A DNA stretch of 64,000 nt from Methanobacteriota archaeon (GTDB lineage Archaea > Thermoplasmatota > Poseidoniia > Poseidoniales > Thalassarchaeaceae), in the NCBI GenBank assembly GCA_002730095.1, contig PBZE01000050.1:6258-70257 (forward strand), read 5' to 3'. Both the position numbers and the translations under genes were made by a program. Position 1 is the stretch's first letter. Every line of letters begins with the position of its first letter. This document shows positions 28,508 through 38,736 of the stretch, piece after piece. The notes beneath the pieces were generated by a model. That model searched no databases. It saw only the letters and a program-made list of their open reading frames with translations, and had not been told where the DNA came from.

Positions 28508-29542
28508 CTAACTAATTTCCAAAAGCCCGCCAACAGCTTCTCTCTCTTCCATAAGTACGGCCACATTCTCATCTATCTTAGATTGCGCGAAAGAGTCAAT
28601 TGGCAACCCCTCTACTACTGTCGCCTTTCCATTTTCACATCTGCATGGGAAGCTGAAAACCAGTCCTTCTGGGACTCCATACCAGCCTTCTGAGGGTAAC
28701 GCCATCGACACAATCCTGCCATTTGATCCCTGCCACCAATCACGCATATGGTCCACCGCAGCCGAAGCGGCCGAAGCGGCCGAAGATGCACCCCTTGACA
28801 CAATCACGGCCTTTCCACGGGTTGCTACTGTATCCAAGAATGCACCTCTCAACCAGTCTGTTTCGAATACGTCAGTTGCCAATCTGCCATCAACGGTCGC
28901 GAAGCGTGGATCTGGATACATTGTGTTGGCATGGTTCCCCCAAATGAATACATCATGTATCTTAGACGCCGGCACTCCTGAATGTTCTGCCATTTGTCCG
29001 ACAGCACGATTCTGGTCGAGCCTTGTCATTGCGCTAAATTGACTCGATGGTATCCTTGGTGCATTCGCATTCGCAATTAGTGCATTGGTATTACAAGGAT
29101 TGCCCACAGTAATGACCTTGACATTAGCCGAAGCAACCGCATCTATTGCTTTACCCTGACCAACAAAAATCGGCCCATTCGCGGCCACGAGGTCTGATCT
29201 ATCCATGTCCTTTGTCCTAGGCCTCGATCCGACTAGGAAAATTGCATCAGCATCACTGAATGCAATATTCGAATCATCAGTGCCGATTATGCCATGGACC
29301 AATGGAAAAGCTGAGTCCCTCAATTCCATCATTACTCCGTCTAACCTTTGCATTCCAGGGGGTATTTCCAGGAGCTGTAGGATGACCGGCTGATCCTTGC
29401 CAAAGCAATCCCCACTCGCTATTCTCCATAGCAGAGCATAACCAATATTTCCAGCAGCTCCGGTTACAGCAACTCTAATCGCTTTTTTCTCATCAGTTTC
29501 ATCTGTCACTTTACTCGCGCCTTCTTCCGAATCCCCAGACAT
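28508..29542 (-). CDS. mdh: Malate dehydrogenase (dimeric, cytosolic/bacterial type)
   Basis: [43 protein letters not shown]. Confidence 0.95.
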   Translation of the reverse strand: MSGDSEEGASKVTDETDEKKAIRVAVTGAAGNIGYALLWRIASGDCFGKDQPVILQLLEIPPGMQRLDGVMMELRDSAFPLVHGIIGTDDSNIAFSDADAIFLVGSRPRTKDMDRSDLVAANGPIFVGQGKAIDAVASANVKVITVGNPCNTNALIANANAPRIPSSQFSAMTRLDQNRAVGQMAEHSGVPASKIHDVFIWGNHANTMYPDPRFATVDGRLATDVFETDWLRGAFLDTVATRGKAVIVSRGASSAASAASAAVDHMRDWWQGSNGRIVSMALPSEGWYGVPEGLVFSFPCRCENGKATVVEGLPIDSFAQSKIDENVAVLMEEREAVGGLLEIS

Positions 29543-29713
29543 TATCTTCCCTCAGTCAAGCGAGCAAGACCATGGTATTAGCACTTTGTGAAGTAGCGTT
29601 CTTCTCCATTCCAAGAATATCTGATAAGGCCAATGAGAATAGTGAGCCGACGGCTTCAATAAGCGCCCACATCTCGCAGGTTCATATTGGTCTTCGGACT
29701 ACAGAGGGATAGT

Positions 29714-30871
29714 ATGGAACTCGGCATTCTCAAGGAGCCAGAAGGGGAGATGAGGGTGTCCATTGTCCCTAACTCAATACCCAAGCTCGTCAAGTCAGGT
29801 ATTGAGGTAATTGTAGAAAATGGAGCTGGGGATCTTGCAAACCACTCTGACGATGAGTATGTGAAAAAGGGAGCGAAAGTAGCATCTAGAGATGAAGTAT
29901 TGCAATGTAAGTCATTCATCTCCATCAATGTCCCAGATTTGGATGAAATCTGTAAGGGGGCTACATTGATGTGTGTAGCCGACCCATTCAGGAACCCAGA
30001 TGTCGTAAGAAAGGCAATCTCTTCTGAAATCACTCTGATTAGTATGGATATGATTCCAAGAAGACTTTCAAGGGCTCAATCTATGGACGTAAACTCCAGC
30101 CAAGACAATCTCTCTGGATACAAAGCAGTCCTTCTCGGAGCCTCTCATGTGCCTAAAGGAATACCAATGATGACTACCAGCGCAGGCACAGTCAAACCTG
30201 CTAAGTTTGTAATTATGGGTAGTGGTGTGGCTGGATTACAGGCAATAGCAACTGCCAAGAGAATGGGCGCTATTGTGTATGCTTCAGACGTGAGAAAGTC
30301 CGCTGCAGAACAGATTGAATCTGTAGGTGGTAGATTCATCGAGGTGGAAGGGATGGATGATTTCGAAGATGAATCAGGTTATGCCAAGCCATTAACACCA
30401 GAATTTATCCAAAAGGTCAATGAAACTGTCTGTGAAGTTGCTAGCGATGCAGATGTAATTGTAACTACGGCCAGAATATTTGGTAGGCCTGCACCAATAA
30501 CTATCCCGGAAAACGCAGTCAAAGAATTCAAGACAGGGGCAGTAATTGTAGATATGAATTCTGATGTTGGCGGAAATTGTGAACTGACAGTTCCCGGCGA
30601 AATTGTAACAAGTCATGGAGTCAAGATCATCGGAATAGAAAATCTAGCTGGTACGATACCGTCAACAGCGAGCATGCTTTACTCAAATAACCTAACCAAC
30701 TTCGTAATTTCACTAATGACAGATGGCAAAATCAACCTAGATCTGAATGACGATATTCTAGTCGGGCCATCAGAAGATTCAGATTTCTTTGTTGATGGCA
30801 TGGGCGGGGTTCTGATATGCATGAATGGAGAGCTCCATTCTAATCAGAAAAGACTTGGGGGGATTTTGTAA
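29714..30871 (+). CDS. pntAA: NAD(P) transhydrogenase subunit alpha part 1 (domain I)
   Basis: E.RV...P, SRAQSMD..SSQ, GSGVAGLQAIATAKRMGA, GGNCELT. Start ATG 29714. Confidence 0.94.
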   Translation: MELGILKEPEGEMRVSIVPNSIPKLVKSGIEVIVENGAGDLANHSDDEYVKKGAKVASRDEVLQCKSFISINVPDLDEICKGATLMCVADPFRNPDVVRKAISSEITLISMDMIPRRLSRAQSMDVNSSQDNLSGYKAVLLGASHVPKGIPMMTTSAGTVKPAKFVIMGSGVAGLQAIATAKRMGAIVYASDVRKSAAEQIESVGGRFIEVEGMDDFEDESGYAKPLTPEFIQKVNETVCEVASDADVIVTTARIFGRPAPITIPENAVKEFKTGAVIVDMNSDVGGNCELTVPGEIVTSHGVKIIGIENLAGTIPSTASMLYSNNLTNFVISLMTDGKINLDLNDDILVGPSEDSDFFVDGMGGVLICMNGELHSNQKRLGGIL

Positions 30872-31191
30872 TGTCCTTGACACTTTCCGCTCTAATTGGA
30901 AGCATCACCGTATTCGTATTAGCAATTTTTCTAGGCTTTGAGCTGATTAGCAAGGTCCCCCCTACACTCCATACTCCTCTTATGTCGGGTGCTAATGCTA
31001 TATCGGGAATAACAATAGTGGGGGCCTTGATTCTTTCAAATGCGTCATTTGAGGGTGCAAATACATCCTTCGCGGCAATACTAGCTTTCATGGCTTTGAT
31101 TATGGCTACCATAAATGTCGTTGGTGGATTCATGGTTACAAATAGAATGTTGGAGATGATTGCCGGCCGAAGAAAAAAGGGGGGTAACTGA
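30871..31191 (+). CDS. pntAB: NAD(P) transhydrogenase subunit alpha part 2
   Basis: VPPTLHTPLMSGANAISG, NVVGGF.VT.RML. Confidence 0.95.
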   Translation: MSLTLSALIGSITVFVLAIFLGFELISKVPPTLHTPLMSGANAISGITIVGALILSNASFEGANTSFAAILAFMALIMATINVVGGFMVTNRMLEMIAGRRKKGGN

Positions 31192-32637
31192 TTGGTAGAT
31201 CCTGTTGTATGGGATATTGGATACTTGATATCCGCATCAATGTTCATTGTTGGCATCAAGAGGCTTTCGAGCCCTAGGACGGCACCTTCTGGCAATATGC
31301 TAGGCGCACAAGGAATGCTTCTTGCCGTTATCGTAACATTGCTGAAGCTGCAATCTGAGGGCATTATCGGTTGGGAGCTGATTGTCGCTGGATTGGCTAT
31401 CGGATCCATAATTGGTTATCTGATGGCTACACGTGTCGAGATGACAGGAATGCCAGAGCTCGTCGCTCTGTTCAATGGTTTTGGAGGCGCGGCATCGGCT
31501 TTAGTCGGACTTTCCGAGGCCCTCAAGAGAATATCTGAGGGAGTACCGGACCCAGGGGTCGAGCTTTATGCGACATGGACAGCGATCGGGCTTTCCGCAC
31601 TTGTGGGCTGGATAACTCTATCTGGGAGCTTAATGGCTATGATGAAGCTAAAAGGTGGATTTTACATTCCATTCTCTAAGAAAGACGACAGAGGAAGGAG
31701 CAGATGGGTTTCATTTCCAACATGGGGCCCCCCATGGTTAAATTACGTCAAGGCCACATTACTATTGCTATCTGTCATACTCATTGTTATGACTATTCAA
31801 AATCCAGAAGATAAAATGTACGTTTACTGTCTGGTAGCTTCATCCACTGTTCTAGGTGTATTATTCGTTCTTCCAATCGGCGGCGCTGATATGCCAGTTG
31901 TGGTCAGCCTGTTGAATTCACTTTCAGGCATTGCAGCCGCATTTACAGGATTTGTAATAGGCAATAACGTTCTGATAATTGCAGGGTCGATGGTTGGTGC
32001 AGCAGGGTTGATACTAACCTTCATCATGTGTAAAGCAATGAATAGGGAATTATTCGATGTTCTCTTCAAGGCATTCGGTGGTTCTGGGGAGAAAGACCAG
32101 TTAACTCGAACCAAAGTCGGTAGCGACCCGGAAGAAGTCGCCATGGTCTTGGATGGTGCACAGAAGGTAATTGTAGTTCCAGGATACGGTATGGCCGTTA
32201 GTCAGAGTCAGCACGCAGTTAAGGAATTTGCAGATCTTATGGAGTCTTTTGATTGTGAAGTCTTGTATGCCATTCATCCAGTTGCAGGAAGGATGCCGGG
32301 GCACATGAACGTACTATTGGCAGAAGCAAACGTGCCGTATGAGAAGCTTATCGAGATGGATGAAATTAATTCTGAATTCCCTGAATGTGATGTTGCAGTA
32401 GTTATTGGAGCCAATGATACCACTAACCCCGCTGCTAGGTCTAATGAAGGGCCACTCGCCGGAATGCCGATACTAGACGTCGACAAATCATCTGTTGTCG
32501 TGATAATCAAGAGAAGCTTGTCAGTTGGATATGCAGGTGTTGACAATGACCTCTTCTACATGGATAAAACAATGATGTTGTTTGGGGATGGTAAAAAGAT
32601 GATGAATGAACTTAACTCCGCAATTAAGGAACTGTAA
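31192..32637 (+). CDS. pntB: NAD(P) transhydrogenase subunit beta
   Basis: IGGADMPVVVSLLNS, VPGYGMAV, HPVAGRMPGHMNVLLAEA, GYAGVDN. Confidence 0.96.
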   Translation: MVDPVVWDIGYLISASMFIVGIKRLSSPRTAPSGNMLGAQGMLLAVIVTLLKLQSEGIIGWELIVAGLAIGSIIGYLMATRVEMTGMPELVALFNGFGGAASALVGLSEALKRISEGVPDPGVELYATWTAIGLSALVGWITLSGSLMAMMKLKGGFYIPFSKKDDRGRSRWVSFPTWGPPWLNYVKATLLLLSVILIVMTIQNPEDKMYVYCLVASSTVLGVLFVLPIGGADMPVVVSLLNSLSGIAAAFTGFVIGNNVLIIAGSMVGAAGLILTFIMCKAMNRELFDVLFKAFGGSGEKDQLTRTKVGSDPEEVAMVLDGAQKVIVVPGYGMAVSQSQHAVKEFADLMESFDCEVLYAIHPVAGRMPGHMNVLLAEANVPYEKLIEMDEINSEFPECDVAVVIGANDTTNPAARSNEGPLAGMPILDVDKSSVVVIIKRSLSVGYAGVDNDLFYMDKTMMLFGDGKKMMNELNSAIKEL

Positions 32638-32713
32638 ACGTAGGTAAGCCAGCATGTCTCCGAGCAAGCGTTATTTGTCCCCGGCTTCCGAAGCTCTAAC
32701 AGGGGACCGTAAG

Positions 32714-33763
32714 ATGGCTGGTTTGAAGAGAGCCCTCGTCGTCATTTTGACACTGTCGATCCTATCAATTCCAGCAATGGGTATGAGCTCAGGACCTGGT
32801 TATGAAAATGCGGATGGCGATCCCACAGTGAAGTATGGATGTAATTGCCATAATAACGGAGCGGCCTCCTCAAGAGCAGTAGTAATGGTCACTGGAGTGC
32901 CCGTAATGTATGAATTAGGCGAGTCATATGATATGACTATCAAGGTAGCTGACTCTCTCACTTTATCGGGCGGAAATGGAAACACTCAGGGTGGTTTCCT
33001 AATGACTTCAGAGGGTATTGGAAATTTCACTTGGCCTGACGACCAAGAAATCCGTGAAGCAGAGGGGGCACCCTCAGATATATCGCATTCAGATACGGAT
33101 TCAGATGGCATATGGCAAATTTCATGGACAGCTCCCACCGAGGACTCAGGGCCAGTTCATTTTTGGGTTGCAGGAAATTCAGTTAATGGAGACGGTGCTC
33201 CCGGGGATGAGGACTGGTGGAACATACTCACATTTACTGTAAATGCCCCAGGGACAATAGAGTCTGGTGACTCAGGAGCAACCCTGGAAACTAGGACTGT
33301 CTCTGTAGGCGATTATGACACTCTATTCTTGATTGAGGAGTCCGAGGCACAGAAGGAGGCTGAGAGGCAGGAGGCTCTCTCGAAAAGAGTATTCACACAA
33401 GGTAACTTATTCTTCTGGACCAGCCTTACTGCATTACTCGTAGGTGCATTGGTGCAAAGGGAGATTCTTGAGAGGAGGTATGATGATGGTCCAGAGTACT
33501 TAGCTATGGAGCTAGCATATCCACAAGCTATCAGAAGGTCACTGATGAGCATAGCTTCTTTCTGGATAGCAATTAGATGGGCCTCCTCAGAAACTCCAAT
33601 CTATTTCCCACCTCCTGCGGTAGTCGAGGAAGGGACCAAGATCACTGATTTGACCGACTTCCTGACTGGATGCGCATTTCTGGCTAGCGCTTTGTTCGCC
33701 TATGGCGTATACAGGACAATAATAGCCGCTAGAAAGGACCCGGAAGTCAAGGATCGTCTCTAG
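32714..33763 (+). CDS. Reeler/choice-of-anchor V-like extracellular domain protein with C-terminal TM helices
   Basis: Signal peptide, GCNCH, GGF, W..SWTAP...GPVHFWVAGNSVNGDG...D. Three C-terminal TM segments. Confidence 0.75.
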   Translation: MAGLKRALVVILTLSILSIPAMGMSSGPGYENADGDPTVKYGCNCHNNGAASSRAVVMVTGVPVMYELGESYDMTIKVADSLTLSGGNGNTQGGFLMTSEGIGNFTWPDDQEIREAEGAPSDISHSDTDSDGIWQISWTAPTEDSGPVHFWVAGNSVNGDGAPGDEDWWNILTFTVNAPGTIESGDSGATLETRTVSVGDYDTLFLIEESEAQKEAERQEALSKRVFTQGNLFFWTSLTALLVGALVQREILERRYDDGPEYLAMELAYPQAIRRSLMSIASFWIAIRWASSETPIYFPPPAVVEEGTKITDLTDFLTGCAFLASALFAYGVYRTIIAARKDPEVKDRL

Positions 33764-34522
33764 ATGTCAGAGCAACGAATAATTCTCGAATCTAAATCAC
33801 TGGATAATCACTTTCAAGATCTATATTCTCTTGTCAAAAATACTGTAATATTGTCATCATTAACAGGAATTTTATGGTCAATATTTGCAACAGAGATACT
33901 AACCGAATGGGTTTCCTTATTCACTTTCGAAGATAATACAGGAGATCTGTCCATCTACGCCCCATTCAATTGGGTCGAGGTAAAATGGTCGTTTTCAATA
34001 TTGATGGGTGTAATCACAGCAATTCCATTCATTTCTTTAATGCTCTATAATTTTGCCAAACCAGGCTTGTATCCGAATGAGACAAGTCCAGTCAAGTCAA
34101 TCCTTATTGTTAATGCCATCTTTCTTCCACTTGTCATATTTGGAATCTGGGCATGGATGGTTCCTGAAATGGTCGATGTAGCAGATGAACTCTCCAAGAT
34201 AGATAATGTAGAGGCCAAGTACGATATATTTGAGATAGTCAACCTTGCTCTAGGGATTACATGGATGACCGTCATATCATCTATTCTTTCGACCTCACTA
34301 CTTCTAGCTAGGATAATGGACGATTCTGGCGGAATCTATGACTGGATTAGGCCCAGGATCATCCTCATCTCATTTGGATTGTTAGTTTTCACAATGCCAT
34401 CGGTCTTTGAAGGACTTAGAATACCTATTTCTTTGCTAATATTGTATCTTTGCGACCTCTTTTCGAGATTATTCCCTGTTTGGGAAAATCGTCCGCACTC
34501 TACCAAGATGTCACTGCATTGA
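33764..34522 (+). CDS. tatC: Twin-arginine translocase TatC-like protein (divergent)
   Basis: LDNHFQDL, F..PGLY..E and a six-TM pattern. Divergent from canonical TatC. Confidence 0.7.
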   Translation: MSEQRIILESKSLDNHFQDLYSLVKNTVILSSLTGILWSIFATEILTEWVSLFTFEDNTGDLSIYAPFNWVEVKWSFSILMGVITAIPFISLMLYNFAKPGLYPNETSPVKSILIVNAIFLPLVIFGIWAWMVPEMVDVADELSKIDNVEAKYDIFEIVNLALGITWMTVISSILSTSLLLARIMDDSGGIYDWIRPRIILISFGLLVFTMPSVFEGLRIPISLLILYLCDLFSRLFPVWENRPHSTKMSLH

Positions 34523-34547
34523 AAGGTCGTACATTGTAGCGCTCCTT

Positions 34548-36503
34548 GTGAAATCACTCAAAGCCGTCATGGCCACACTAATCCTGATGGGCGGAATTTG
34601 GATTAATTTAAATCCAGATTTAGTAGACAAAACCTATGATTTCGATGATTCCGAAGAGTCAACAAATCTAATTGGGCTACAAGATGAAGAGAATTGGCTC
34701 GTATTGAGGGTGTCATTTCCATCCATGCCCCACTCTCTCTCGAAAACAGATTCTCTATTGCTTGGAGCAGGATCTGCGCAGGAGTATATTTACCAACTAT
34801 CTGGTGGAAAATCCAATTTAGAGGTCACAGTATCTAGCGATGTCTGGGTTTCAGAATTCGATGAATCATACTGGGGGGCCGACTCCCTGAATGAGCGTGA
34901 CGTCGGCAATAGTGGCAGGGGGGTAGACAAATTAGTTGAGGAATCTGCTACAAATCTACTTAGTGGCATGGATCTTTCTGAATGGGACATTGATGGAGAT
35001 GGAATTATTGACAGATTACTAATTCTACATTCTGGAAGTGCCCAAGAATCTGGAGGATCTACAGATTCAATATGGAGCCATTTCTCAACGTTGATGACCC
35101 CAGTAAAAATCGATAATTGGGAGATACAACATTATACAATTTCATCCATGGAATCCGGACTTGGTACCCTTATTCACGAAATGCTCCATCAAATGGGGGC
35201 ATACGACTTGTATGACGTACATTCCGATTTACCTACGAGCTCTTGGAATGGTCTCGGTGATTGGGATATTATGGCAAGTGGTAACTGGAATGGAAATTCC
35301 ATGTCTCCGGCCATGCCTGGTGCTGCCACTCTAATGTCTATCGGAGGATCTGGAATCAATCAAATAGATACTACTTCGGCTCAGAATATCTCTCTATTCC
35401 CTATGTCCTCTACAAATAACAGTACTCGTGTCGTCTACATAGAAACAGCTCCAGAAGAGGCAGTAATGCTTACTTTCCGTGCTGATATCGGCTTCGACTC
35501 AGAATTGCCAGGCTCTGGAATAATTGTAGAGTATCTAGATAAAAACAACGGAAACGTAGATGAAAATACTGTGAATAAAGATCCCAATAATCCGTGGGTG
35601 ATGATCATTGAGGCCGATGGCGACCAAGCTCTGGTTAGGAATCGCGATAGTGGTAGCCCGGGCGACCCATTTCAATCAGGAGACTCATTTGGAAGTGAAG
35701 GCCACATAATCAGGGATAACAGAGGAAGATTGGTTCCATGGCAAATCCAGATTCAGAGTATAAGTTTGGAAATGGCCACAATAAATTTTATTCCTACTGA
35801 AAATCATACAGAAAGAGTTCTGACACCTAGATCGCCCATCCAAATGATTGACGGGGAGAGTGCATATGCAACTGTGCATAGTGATAATCCATGTACATTA
35901 CAAGTAAATACCAGCATTGACCTAACAACCCCCAAATTATTAGAGATTGAAATTCCCTCGGGAACTTCAATAATTCCAATTATAAGAAGCTCCGATGTAT
36001 CTCAAGAATTGGGTGTCGTCATAGGAAAAATTGGCTGTAAAGACACGACTCCTGAGGACATCAGGATAGAGTGGCAGAAGATAGGACACAGAATTGATAC
36101 TGCAAAGATAACTCAAGTTGTTCCGTGGAATCAAGACTCAACACTTTCACTCCCAATTTCTACGACTGGATCCGGAGACAGAAATTATGACATTGTTATT
36201 GAGGGAGCTGTAGACAGAATCGCATACTCGACAACACAGGGAAAATTTTCTCCGGGCGATGATATCATACTGCGAATAGAGCCAAACGGATTGTTGACAC
36301 CTGGGATGTATGCCAGAGGAGAAATTGTGATCCAAGATGAATACTCCGTTGAACAGAGGATTCAGATCACATTGATTGCCGAATCTCCTTTCACTGGAGA
36401 TGGCCTATTAGGGTGGATCTCACAACCATCAAATGGGATTCTTGTAATTTCCATTCTTATGGCTTTCAGTATTTTAACTGGAAGAAACAGGGAATCTACC
36501 TAG
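34548..36503 (+). CDS. M6 family (immune inhibitor A-like) metalloprotease, membrane anchored
   Basis: DIDGDGIID, IWSH, HEMLH..GAYDLYD, WDIMASG.W, IEADG. TM at both ends. Confidence 0.9.
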   Translation: MKSLKAVMATLILMGGIWINLNPDLVDKTYDFDDSEESTNLIGLQDEENWLVLRVSFPSMPHSLSKTDSLLLGAGSAQEYIYQLSGGKSNLEVTVSSDVWVSEFDESYWGADSLNERDVGNSGRGVDKLVEESATNLLSGMDLSEWDIDGDGIIDRLLILHSGSAQESGGSTDSIWSHFSTLMTPVKIDNWEIQHYTISSMESGLGTLIHEMLHQMGAYDLYDVHSDLPTSSWNGLGDWDIMASGNWNGNSMSPAMPGAATLMSIGGSGINQIDTTSAQNISLFPMSSTNNSTRVVYIETAPEEAVMLTFRADIGFDSELPGSGIIVEYLDKNNGNVDENTVNKDPNNPWVMIIEADGDQALVRNRDSGSPGDPFQSGDSFGSEGHIIRDNRGRLVPWQIQIQSISLEMATINFIPTENHTERVLTPRSPIQMIDGESAYATVHSDNPCTLQVNTSIDLTTPKLLEIEIPSGTSIIPIIRSSDVSQELGVVIGKIGCKDTTPEDIRIEWQKIGHRIDTAKITQVVPWNQDSTLSLPISTTGSGDRNYDIVIEGAVDRIAYSTTQGKFSPGDDIILRIEPNGLLTPGMYARGEIVIQDEYSVEQRIQITLIAESPFTGDGLLGWISQPSNGILVISILMAFSILTGRNREST

Positions 36504-37629
36504 GATTGCTCCATCTGGAATCCGCAGGAGGACGTGATACACGAAGGAATCTCCACTCCCCAGTTCCTACATCTACCGGACATATCCAATGTTTATTGAC
36601 GCCTGAAGCTAGTCTGGATGTCAGACATGCTTTCGCCCATACGCCGATTGTCTTATGATAATCTTCTGGATCATTAATTAGCCACGGGGCATGATCCTGC
36701 CCGACTGATCCGGAATAACATCTCCAAGTAGTTCCAAATTTGAATCCAGAGCGAGTGTTTAGTCCTCTATTCCAGAGTTCATGCAATAAACTAGCCGTCT
36801 TAGTCATGCCCAAGTGCGGATTAGTAGGGCCAGTGGAGAAATCCTCAATATTGTTATTCTTAGAAGATTTTCCGAAGAAGTGGACCAATTCTCTCTCGGC
36901 CCAGTCAAGTTGTCGACCACCTTGAACTGGTATTCCCACCGCTTCTAACGGCCAATCATCAGCTCCCGGAAAATAGGCCCCTCCATTCATCGTCTCTGCA
37001 TATTCATTATCAGAGATAATCAAGAATTCTTCTATGGAAGGGGGAGTAAGATTACCCCTTGGATCAGCAATTGAAAGGCGGTATGTGACTACAGACATCT
37101 CTTCATCTACTACAATTGACTCTGCTATTCTTCCCGAATCTTCTACCTCTCTGACCCATTCATACAAGTCATCCACATCAAACTCCTGCTCAGCCGTAAA
37201 CCACCTAACTTCAGATACTGCTGGGTCCTTGCTTGGATGTTTGTCGGAGTCCCACCTAAGCCCCCATGATCTTTTGCTATGCCCTATTCCTAATTTTCCT
37301 AGGTTACATCCTAGGACAATTTTGTTGCCAGGAGTCCTAAGTGCCTCCATTACTGCATACTCATAAAATAATGCAGGATCGCCTTCAAGGCCCCCGAAAA
37401 GAAAGCCAATTCCCGGGGATTCAATATTTCTATGATTGATGCAGAACATCATTTCAACACTTGTGAGGCTTATCCCCCCTCCTTGGACAGGTATGCCAAT
37501 CGCAGATTTATGCCATAGCCTATCGCTGGACTTTTCATCAAAGTGCCAACTCCCGCCGTCACTCTGCATAACTCCTGCCAAAGGTCCTAGAATTTCATCC
37601 CTCGGTCCAGAAATATCATTTCCCTCCAC
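36496..37629 (-). CDS. endA: tRNA-splicing endonuclease (two-unit euryarchaeal type)
   Basis: C-terminal RSGFKFGTTWRCY, HAPWL, RLASGVNK. Degenerate N-terminal repeat unit. Start tentatively GTG 37629. Confidence 0.82.
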   Translation of the reverse strand: MEGNDISGPRDEILGPLAGVMQSDGGSWHFDEKSSDRLWHKSAIGIPVQGGGISLTSVEMMFCINHRNIESPGIGFLFGGLEGDPALFYEYAVMEALRTPGNKIVLGCNLGKLGIGHSKRSWGLRWDSDKHPSKDPAVSEVRWFTAEQEFDVDDLYEWVREVEDSGRIAESIVVDEEMSVVTYRLSIADPRGNLTPPSIEEFLIISDNEYAETMNGGAYFPGADDWPLEAVGIPVQGGRQLDWAERELVHFFGKSSKNNNIEDFSTGPTNPHLGMTKTASLLHELWNRGLNTRSGFKFGTTWRCYSGSVGQDHAPWLINDPEDYHKTIGVWAKACLTSRLASGVNKHWICPVDVGTGEWRFLRVSRPPADSRWSNPR

Positions 37630-37643
37630 CCGTTCGTCACGTC

Positions 37644-38690
37644 GTGTCAGACTACAATGAAGCAGACTCACTTCAGACTCTAATCAGACTATTACATGAA
37701 GTTGAGGGTACCAGAGTGACATTAATTGGCGACGTTATGCTTGATAGGTATCACCATGGCTACTCTAATAATCTGAACTCAACTGCACCAGTCCCAGTCC
37801 TTAGGGTTACTAACTCTGAAGAGTCCCCCGGAGCAGCAGCACACATTGCCAGAGGACTATTCTCCTTGGGCCTGAGTGTTGATTTCTTCAGTTCAGTAGG
37901 TGATGATCAAGAAGGGAAGACAATAATTGACACCCTTGCTAAAGAGGGAATAGCGACGAATGGAATAATCCGCGCGGCCCAGAGAAAGACACTTACGAAG
38001 ATTAGATTTTATGGCAGCAGGGAGAATTTACTAGACCAAAGTCAAGTTCTCCTCCAAGCTGATAGGGGCCCGATTGAGGAATTAGACCCGACTATAAGCG
38101 AGAATCTGACTAACATGGCTTTGAAGTCTCTCGAATCCAGCCAGGCACTAGTTATATCTGATTATGATAAAGGAGTAATTTCCGAATCAGGGTCTAAAAA
38201 GCTAATTTCATCCGCAAAGAAACTCGGTATTCCTTCCATAGTCGATCCAAAGCTAACAGGCTTATCCAGAAGCTCTGGGGCTGACATTGTCATTTTCGGA
38301 ATGAGGGGTCTAGAGTTACAGAACAAGAGACTCATGACAGATTCATTGGATGATGCAGCATCCCAACTAATTGATACTTACAATTGGGGGTCTCTCCTAG
38401 TTCTTGGGGGTGTTAATGGAGTAACATTGCATTCTTCAGATGGTGCTAAGATATTTTTCCCTTGCAGGGCGAATGCTCCTAGGCAGCAAATAGGACTCAA
38501 TGATGCGGCAGCTACCGCACTTGCAGCAGCACTTGGAAATGGACTCGATGTCATGGATGCAGCAGCCCTTTCTGCAGCGGCTTGTGAATGCGTACTCTCC
38601 GCAGAGGCTAGTCAGGAATTTGTAGATAGCGACACTTTACAACTTTGGCTCGAAGAGCTTTCATGGAAATTACGTATTTCAGATAGATAA
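37644..38690 (+). CDS. PfkB family kinase, HldE/RfaE domain I-like
   Basis: IGDVMLDRY, APVPV, PGAAA, ISDYDKGV, VDPK. Atypical GLND in place of GAGD. Confidence 0.8.
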   Translation: MSDYNEADSLQTLIRLLHEVEGTRVTLIGDVMLDRYHHGYSNNLNSTAPVPVLRVTNSEESPGAAAHIARGLFSLGLSVDFFSSVGDDQEGKTIIDTLAKEGIATNGIIRAAQRKTLTKIRFYGSRENLLDQSQVLLQADRGPIEELDPTISENLTNMALKSLESSQALVISDYDKGVISESGSKKLISSAKKLGIPSIVDPKLTGLSRSSGADIVIFGMRGLELQNKRLMTDSLDDAASQLIDTYNWGSLLVLGGVNGVTLHSSDGAKIFFPCRANAPRQQIGLNDAAATALAAALGNGLDVMDAAALSAAACECVLSAEASQEFVDSDTLQLWLEELSWKLRISDR

Positions 38691-38736
38691 TCACGTTTAC
38701 CAGAAGTTCAAAACACATATCGATGCGCCAATACAC

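Noticed and set aside
28761..28785. Tandem 9-bp repeat GCCGAAGCG
   Set aside because: It encodes the conserved SAASAA motif of MDH, so it is not an independent repeat element.
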